Origin: an uncultured Verrucomicrobiota bacterium
GTDB taxonomy: Bacteria > Verrucomicrobiota > Verrucomicrobiia > Palsa-1439
Assembly: GCA_903825435.1 (NCBI GenBank)
Contig: CAIKAP010000199.1
Location: forward strand, 1,771-65,770
DNA length: 64,000 nt
Reading direction: 5' to 3'
Shown: positions 58,403-64,000 of the stretch, in pieces
Layout: every line of letters begins with the position of its first letter
Numbering within the stretch: the first letter of the stretch is position 1
Notes under the pieces: model-generated
Database searches by the model: none
Told to the model about the DNA's origin: nothing
The model's input: only the letters and a program-made list of their open reading frames with translations
Position numbers and translations under genes: made by a program

Positions 58403-61400
58403 ATGGCAAAACAGAATCGTCCACAACCCCAGTCCCAACCGTCCATTGCAAAATCGGAACAAAAACCGGCGCAGATGGAACAGCCAGTCAATGCTACGGA
58501 TCCATCGGCGCATCTACCGCACTTGTTCAAATGGCGTGACTGGGCGGTGGCAGGGGCGGCGTTTTTGATAGTAGGTGCACGGTTCCTGTACGATATGTCG
58601 CCGGAGGTGACGTTGCAGGACTCGGGTGAACTGGTGACGGGCGCGTACAATCTCGGTGTGCCGCACCCACCGGGGTATCCGCTGTGGGCGTTGATGGGCT
58701 GGGTGTGGCGGCACTTGATTCCGTTCGGCAATCCGGCGTGGCAGATCTGCCTGATGTCGGTGTTGACAGGTGCTCTGGTGGTAGGGGTGCTGTGTCTGTT
58801 GATGTCGCGCAGCATCATGGTGCTGTTCCGGTCGTTGACGTGGGCGGACGAGATCGGCGATGCCCTGAAACACTGGATCGCACTAACGGTCGGTGCGGCG
58901 GTTTCGTTGACGTTTGGGTTCAATCGTGGCGTGTGGCTTTGGGCGTGCGTGCCGGAGATGCGGGTGCTTAACGTGTTCATGTTCATTATGACGGCGTGCA
59001 CGTTCTTCGCGTGGATGATGCGTCCACAGCGGCACGGTTTTTTGTACGTGACGATTTTGGTGTTTGCCCTTGGCATCAGCAATCACCAGACGATCATGGT
59101 GATGGTGGCACCGTTCCTGGTCGGGGCGATCGCACTGGAGCTTCTGGATGCCTGGGGTGTAAACAAGCTGCAAGCGTTCAAAGACGCGGCTCTGCACGCA
59201 CTGAGATGGGACTGGATTCCTTCGCTCGGCGGGTTGGTGACGATGGTGGTGCTATTGCAGTTGGGGGCGGGACTGCCGCAATCAGTACGGGTGTGGGTGA
59301 TGTCGAATTGGGGCGAGTTCGGCGCACGGCTGGTGAGCCTTGGCGTGACAGGTGAGGGGGTGCATCAGTTACTGGGGGACTTCGTGAAGATCGCATTGTT
59401 GTGGTGGGTGGCCTCCAGCGTGCTGGGTGTGTTGACACGGGTCAGCTATTTCAAGGTGGTGATGGAACTGGTGGTGGCGATCCTGTTGTCGGCGTCGGCG
59501 TGGTCGTTTGTGATGGCGTGGACGGGAATGCGGATGATCAAGGAGTTCATGGCGGTGCCGCTGGTAGGGTCGTTGCCACTGGAGGCGGTGGCGGTGCTGT
59601 TGACGGTGTTGGGCGTGTGGTATTTGGTGTACGCGTGGATGCGCCGGCTGATAAATGGATGGCGGGTGCTGTTATGCACGCTGTTCTTTCTGATCGGCGT
59701 CGGGTTTTATGCGTACATGCCGATCACGTCGGCAACGAATCCGCCGATGAACTGGGGCTACACGCGCACGCCCCAAGGCTTCCTGCACCATATCACCCGC
59801 GGGCAGTACGAACGGTTGCACCCGCAGTCCATCTTCAGCCGCGAGTTCTTCATCCAGTTGAATCTGTTTACTACCTCGTTGATAAAGCAATACTCGTTCA
59901 TCTTCGACATGGGTGGCTCCAAGGGCGGCGGAATCGCAACGCTGGGAAAGACGATTAGCAACGCGATCAACGTGCTGCTGCTTGGCGTGGTGTCTCTCGG
60001 TTTGCCCGTGCTGGCGTTTCGCGATCTACGGGCGCGCGGCCGGGCGTGGATGCTTTTCGTGTGGACGGCGTTCCTGACTGCCAGCATCGGGCTGATAATG
60101 ATCATCAATCCACAACTGGACCGCCAGACTCAGGAGATTGCTATTAAGTTCTTCGCGCCGGCGCATGGGTTCTTCGCGATGATGGTCGGTTACGGACTGG
60201 CGTTTGGGCTGGCCGCCGCAGCGGTGCGCATAAAACGATTACCCCGTTCGACGATCTGGGTTGCAGGCGCGCTGCTGCTATTGCTGCCGTTCATTCCATT
60301 TTATCGCAACTGGGTGCTGTGCGAGCAACGTGGACATGACTTCGGTTACCAGTTTGGCTATCGGATGTTCTATCCCGGCGGCGAGTACCCGCCGATGGAC
60401 AAAGACGCCGTGCTCTACGGCGGCACCGATCCCGGCCGTTTCGTGCCGACATACATGATCTTCTGCGAGAGCCGCGCCAAGGCGAAGGACCGATTCAACG
60501 ATTCGCATTTTGACCCGCAGGGTGGCCGCAACTTCGACCGTCGCGACGTGTACATCATCACGCAGAACGCGTTGGCCGACTCAACCTACATGAGCTACAT
60601 CCGCGACCACTACGATTACTCGCGGCCCGATTGGAACAACCCCACCACGCTCACCAACCGGCCCGCCTGGCAGAACCGCCAGCTCGGTTGGGCGTGGCGC
60701 ACACTCGACCGCGAAACCATGTATCCGCGTGATCCGATCTGGATCCCCAGCGAACTCGATGTCCAGCGCGCCTTTCAGGAATACGTCAACGGCCTGCGCA
60801 ACCGCGCCCCATCCCCCGAAGAACAGGTCGAGGTCGTGGACGGCCGCGTCAGCGTCAAAGGCGTCGCCGGTGTGATGAACATCAACGGCATCCTTACGAA
60901 GTGGATCTTCGACAACAACAAAGCCAAACACTCCTTCTACGTCGAGGAAAGCTACGTCATCCCGTGGATGTATCCCTACCTCGAACCCGCCGGCATCATT
61001 ATGAAGATCAACAAGGAGCCATTGCCCGCTCCCGACCAGAACCCCGCGCTCTGGTCCATGATCATCAAGCGCGACCGCGCCTATTGGGACAAACTTGAAG
61101 CCGAGTTCAAGGCGCGCCCCGAATTCCAGCGCGACACCGACGCGCAGAAGACGTTCTCGAAACTCCGCTCCGCCATCGGCGGCGTCTATGCCAACCGACG
61201 TCTCGTGGCCGAGGCCGAGTACGCCTACAAACAGGCCCAGCGCCTTTGTGCTGAAAGTCCCGAAGCAAGTTTCCGTTGCGCCCAGCTCTATATGGAACTC
61301 GGCCAGGTGGACAAAGCCATCGAGACACTCAAGGCGCTCGAAGAACTCGACCCGCTCAACGTCAAGATCAAGGAAGCCCGACACCAGCTCGAAGGCGCCA

Positions 61401-61864
61401 AGAAAGCCCGCGAAGACATCGTCAATCTCGAAGCGGCCCGCCGCACCGACCCGCGCAATATCCAGTTGTTCATGCAGCTCGCCCAAGCGTATGCCCGCGC
61501 CGGACAGTTCGACCGGATCGTGGCGCTTTGCGACACCAGCCTTGCCCAAGCTGATCTCAACGGCACCGAGCTGATCGTCATCGCGCAGACCTACCTTCAG
61601 GTTGGCCAGGTGGACCGCGCCCTCAGCACGCTCCAGCGCATTCTTGCCGCCAACCCGCGCGACAGCCAGGCCCACTATGCCGTCGCCATCATCCGCGCCA
61701 ATCAAAACGCCCTCAACGAAGCCCTCGACGCGCTGGAGAAAGCCATCCAGATCACACCGCAACTGCGCGACCAAGCCCGCGGCGACCAGCGCCTCGCCCC
61801 GTTGCGGTTCAACCCGCGTTTCCAGCAACTCATCGGCGGCGGCCAGCCCCCACCGTTGTTCTAA
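58403..61864 (+). CDS. DUF2723-type polytopic membrane protein (GT-C-like glycosyl/mannosyltransferase fold suspected) with C-terminal TPR repeats
   Basis: 1153 aa. The N-terminal ~650 aa have more than 10 TM helices (PPGYPLW motif region). The C-terminus has TPR units, for example AQLYMELGQVDKAIETLKALEELDP. Confidence 0.7.
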   Translation: MAKQNRPQPQSQPSIAKSEQKPAQMEQPVNATDPSAHLPHLFKWRDWAVAGAAFLIVGARFLYDMSPEVTLQDSGELVTGAYNLGVPHPPGYPLWALMGWVWRHLIPFGNPAWQICLMSVLTGALVVGVLCLLMSRSIMVLFRSLTWADEIGDALKHWIALTVGAAVSLTFGFNRGVWLWACVPEMRVLNVFMFIMTACTFFAWMMRPQRHGFLYVTILVFALGISNHQTIMVMVAPFLVGAIALELLDAWGVNKLQAFKDAALHALRWDWIPSLGGLVTMVVLLQLGAGLPQSVRVWVMSNWGEFGARLVSLGVTGEGVHQLLGDFVKIALLWWVASSVLGVLTRVSYFKVVMELVVAILLSASAWSFVMAWTGMRMIKEFMAVPLVGSLPLEAVAVLLTVLGVWYLVYAWMRRLINGWRVLLCTLFFLIGVGFYAYMPITSATNPPMNWGYTRTPQGFLHHITRGQYERLHPQSIFSREFFIQLNLFTTSLIKQYSFIFDMGGSKGGGIATLGKTISNAINVLLLGVVSLGLPVLAFRDLRARGRAWMLFVWTAFLTASIGLIMIINPQLDRQTQEIAIKFFAPAHGFFAMMVGYGLAFGLAAAAVRIKRLPRSTIWVAGALLLLLPFIPFYRNWVLCEQRGHDFGYQFGYRMFYPGGEYPPMDKDAVLYGGTDPGRFVPTYMIFCESRAKAKDRFNDSHFDPQGGRNFDRRDVYIITQNALADSTYMSYIRDHYDYSRPDWNNPTTLTNRPAWQNRQLGWAWRTLDRETMYPRDPIWIPSELDVQRAFQEYVNGLRNRAPSPEEQVEVVDGRVSVKGVAGVMNINGILTKWIFDNNKAKHSFYVEESYVIPWMYPYLEPAGIIMKINKEPLPAPDQNPALWSMIIKRDRAYWDKLEAEFKARPEFQRDTDAQKTFSKLRSAIGGVYANRRLVAEAEYAYKQAQRLCAESPEASFRCAQLYMELGQVDKAIETLKALEELDPLNVKIKEARHQLEGAKKAREDIVNLEAARRTDPRNIQLFMQLAQAYARAGQFDRIVALCDTSLAQADLNGTELIVIAQTYLQVGQVDRALSTLQRILAANPRDSQAHYAVAIIRANQNALNEALDALEKAIQITPQLRDQARGDQRLAPLRFNPRFQQLIGGGQPPPLF

Positions 61865-61880
61865 GCGGAGCGATCCCGCC

Positions 61881-62681
61881 GTGCGACTCATTGATCCCCA
61901 CACCCACATGGTCACGCGCGTCACCGACGACTACGAACGCATGGCCGAAGCCGGCGTCGAGGCCGTCGTCGAGCCGTCGTTCTGGCTCGGTTCGCCGCGC
62001 ACCAGCGCCGGCACGTTCATGGACTACTTCGAGCACATCATCGGCTTCGAGACACAGCGCGCCCGGCAGTTTGGCATCGAGCATTTCAACACCATCGCGC
62101 TCAACCCGCGCGAGGCCAACAACGAGCCGCTCGCGAAGGAAGTGTTGCCGATGGTCGAGAAGTTCTGCCAGCGCGAGACCGTCGTCGGCATCGGCGAAAT
62201 CGGACTCGACCGCCAGACCGACGCCGAGGAGTTCGCCTTCCGCTACCAACTCCACCTGGCGAAGAAGCACAACCTCCCGGTCATTATCCACCTCCCGCAC
62301 CAGTACAAGAAGCTCGGGGTCGAGCGCACGCTGAAGATCGTCGCCGACGAAGGCATGGACCCATCGAAGACGCTCCTCGACCACAACACCGAGGAGACCA
62401 TGCCGCTGTACGAAGGCACACAATGGTGGCGCGGCCTGACCATTTACGCTGTCACCAAACTCACCGTTGAGCGCGCTGCCAACATCGTCGAGCAATACGG
62501 TGTTGATCGCCTGATGGTGAACTCCAGCGCCGACTGGGGCGTCTCCGACCCGCTCAGCGTCCCGAAACTCGCCGTCGAGTTGAAACGTCGCGGCTACCCG
62601 CGCGACAAGATCGAGCAACTCTGTTTCCACAACCCCATCGCCTACTACCGGCAGAGCGGCAAATGGACCTTCCAGCCATGA
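61881..62681 (+). CDS. TatD-family metal-dependent hydrolase
   Basis: VRLIDPHTHM (HxH metal site), IGEIGLD, and HLPH. The GTG at 61881 is chosen because the longer ORF overlaps the DUF2723 gene. Confidence 0.7.
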   Translation: MRLIDPHTHMVTRVTDDYERMAEAGVEAVVEPSFWLGSPRTSAGTFMDYFEHIIGFETQRARQFGIEHFNTIALNPREANNEPLAKEVLPMVEKFCQRETVVGIGEIGLDRQTDAEEFAFRYQLHLAKKHNLPVIIHLPHQYKKLGVERTLKIVADEGMDPSKTLLDHNTEETMPLYEGTQWWRGLTIYAVTKLTVERAANIVEQYGVDRLMVNSSADWGVSDPLSVPKLAVELKRRGYPRDKIEQLCFHNPIAYYRQSGKWTFQP

Positions 62682-63673
62682 ACAAAAAACTCGGCATCTG
62701 CATCGCGGGACTCGACGGCGCCGTTGCCTCCACGATGGTTGCCGGTACCGCGCTCTTGCGCCGCGGACTCACACAACCGCTCGCCCTCCTCTCCGAACCG
62801 TTCGCAAAATCCCATGCGCTCGCCCGCTGGAACGACATCGTCTTTGCAGGGTGGGACCTGCGCAGCGAAAACCTTCACGCCGCCGCGCTCCGCAACGCCG
62901 TCGTCGGCCCCTGCAAACTCAAGCCAGTCCGACGCGAACTCGCCGCGCTCAAACCGTGGGCTGTTGGCGCGGACCGGATCGCGGCATTCCGACGCGAACA
63001 CAAGCTCGACACTGTCGTCGTGCTGAACCTGCTGCCGACCGGGCAGCACGCCGCGTCGAAACAGTACGCCCGGCTCGCGGCCAAACACGGCTGCCCGTTC
63101 GTGAACTTCACGCCGAATGATTGCGGCGAACGTGCCCTGCGCGACGTGCCGTTTGCCGGGCGCGATGGCAAGACGGGGCAGACGTGGCTGAAGTCGGTGC
63201 TCGCGCCCGCGTTGCGCGACCGTGCGTTCCGCATCACCGGTTGGTACTCGACCAACCTGCTCGGCAACGAAGACGGCAAGATTGTCGGGGACCCGGTGCT
63301 CGGCGCCGCGAAGATCCGCGACAAGACGAAATTGCTCGGCGAGATGCTCGGCTACGAGCCGCACCACACCGTCCGCATCGAGTATTTCCCGCCGCGCGGC
63401 GACACGAAGGAAAGTTGGGATTACATCGAGGCCGACGGCTTCCTCGGCCTGCCGATCCAGTTTCGCATCAGCGCCCAGTACCGCGACTCGATCCTTGCCG
63501 CGCCGATGTGTCTCGACCTCTGCCGGTTCATCGCGCTCGCGCACCGTCGCGGCGAAACCGGCAACCAGAAATGGCTGAGTCTCTACTTCAAGGCGCCCTA
63601 CGGCGGCCCGCCGCACGATTTCTTCCGCCAGGAACAAGCGTTGCGTGAGTATCTAGCCGCGATCCGTGCCTGA
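62678..63673 (+). CDS. Inositol-3-phosphate synthase family protein (short archaeal-like type)
   Basis: GICIAGLDGAVASTMVAG, VNFTPN, FAGRDGKTGQTWLKSVLAPAL, GWYSTNLLGNEDGK and EYFPPRGDTKESWD follow the pattern I recall for Archaeoglobus-type MIPS. ATGA overlap with the TatD gene. Confidence 0.75.
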   Translation: MNKKLGICIAGLDGAVASTMVAGTALLRRGLTQPLALLSEPFAKSHALARWNDIVFAGWDLRSENLHAAALRNAVVGPCKLKPVRRELAALKPWAVGADRIAAFRREHKLDTVVVLNLLPTGQHAASKQYARLAAKHGCPFVNFTPNDCGERALRDVPFAGRDGKTGQTWLKSVLAPALRDRAFRITGWYSTNLLGNEDGKIVGDPVLGAAKIRDKTKLLGEMLGYEPHHTVRIEYFPPRGDTKESWDYIEADGFLGLPIQFRISAQYRDSILAAPMCLDLCRFIALAHRRGETGNQKWLSLYFKAPYGGPPHDFFRQEQALREYLAAIRA

Positions 63674-63748
63674 CAAAACCCAGCCGGAACAAAACCGGAA
63701 CATCAGCTCAGACTTGCTTCGACCGACGCGCTTGCTACACTGCGCCGC

Positions 63749-64000
63749 ATGAACCGGTTGCTATTCGGCGACAATCTGAAATGGCTGCGCGACACAAAAG
63801 TTTTTCCGGACAGTTGCGTTGACCTCGAGTACCTCGACCCGCCGTTCAACTCCAACGCCAACTACAACGTCCTGTTCAAGGAAACCAGCGGCGCGGACAG
63901 CCAAGCCCAGTTCCACGCCTTCACCGACACGTGGGAATGGACAGCCGACGTGGACGCCACCTATCACCAGTTCATTGACACCTGCCCCAACGCCAGCGTC
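63749..64000 (+). CDS. Site-specific DNA methyltransferase, N-terminal part (runs off the window)
   Basis: MNRLLFGDNLKWLRDTKVFPDSCVDLEYLDPPFNSNANYN.. contains catalytic motif IV (DPPF). The frame stays open to position 64000. Confidence 0.7.
   Translation, partial: MNRLLFGDNLKWLRDTKVFPDSCVDLEYLDPPFNSNANYNVLFKETSGADSQAQFHAFTDTWEWTADVDATYHQFIDTCPNASV

Overview
64-kb chromosomal segment of a high-GC bacterium. The gene content suggests the PVC superphylum, probably Verrucomicrobiota, but this is inference only. It includes a DUF2723/TPR giant membrane protein, a HEAT-repeat protein, a TAT-signal Gfo/Idh/MocA oxidoreductase, a prenyltransferase/squalene-oxidase-repeat protein and a RAYT with REP hairpins. 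Most of the window is housekeeping: lysA; a hybrid histidine kinase with a response regulator; a rhomboid protease; glnE; mdh; an HNH / LarE-like / thiG-thiH-thiS chain; fabD-fabG-acpP-fabF; rpmE-prfA; nth; fdxA; the pyruvate dehydrogenase operon (aceE-aceF-lpdA) with a divergent lipoate-protein ligase; and dispersed purine genes (purL, purF, purM, purH). Glycan-utilisation genes lie at the left end (unknown glycosidase-like protein, GH2, Na+/solute symporter) and in the middle (Gfo/Idh/MocA, HEAT, a CE15-esterase/lactonase fusion). Three visibly lower-GC accessory islets interrupt this backbone. (1) 7.25-7.86 kb holds a DNA-methyltransferase C-terminal remnant and a small ORF bracketed by 32-bp direct repeats. 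(2) 15.5-18.5 kb holds an atypical Hanks-type Ser/Thr kinase with three unknown partner ORFs next to an mfd-like remnant; this is the best candidate here for an undescribed system. (3) 35.1-38.1 kb holds an IS3 remnant, broken genes and a compact type II R-M operon. Its DPPY methyltransferase is frameshifted inside a G11 homopolymer, so it is a putative phase-variable switch, an assembly error or a pseudogene. A RAYT transposase flanked by three GTAG-hairpin REP copies sits between purF and purM. I saw no CRISPR array, tRNA, rRNA or recognisable riboswitch. All calls come from reading the translations and sequence by eye; no database search was run.
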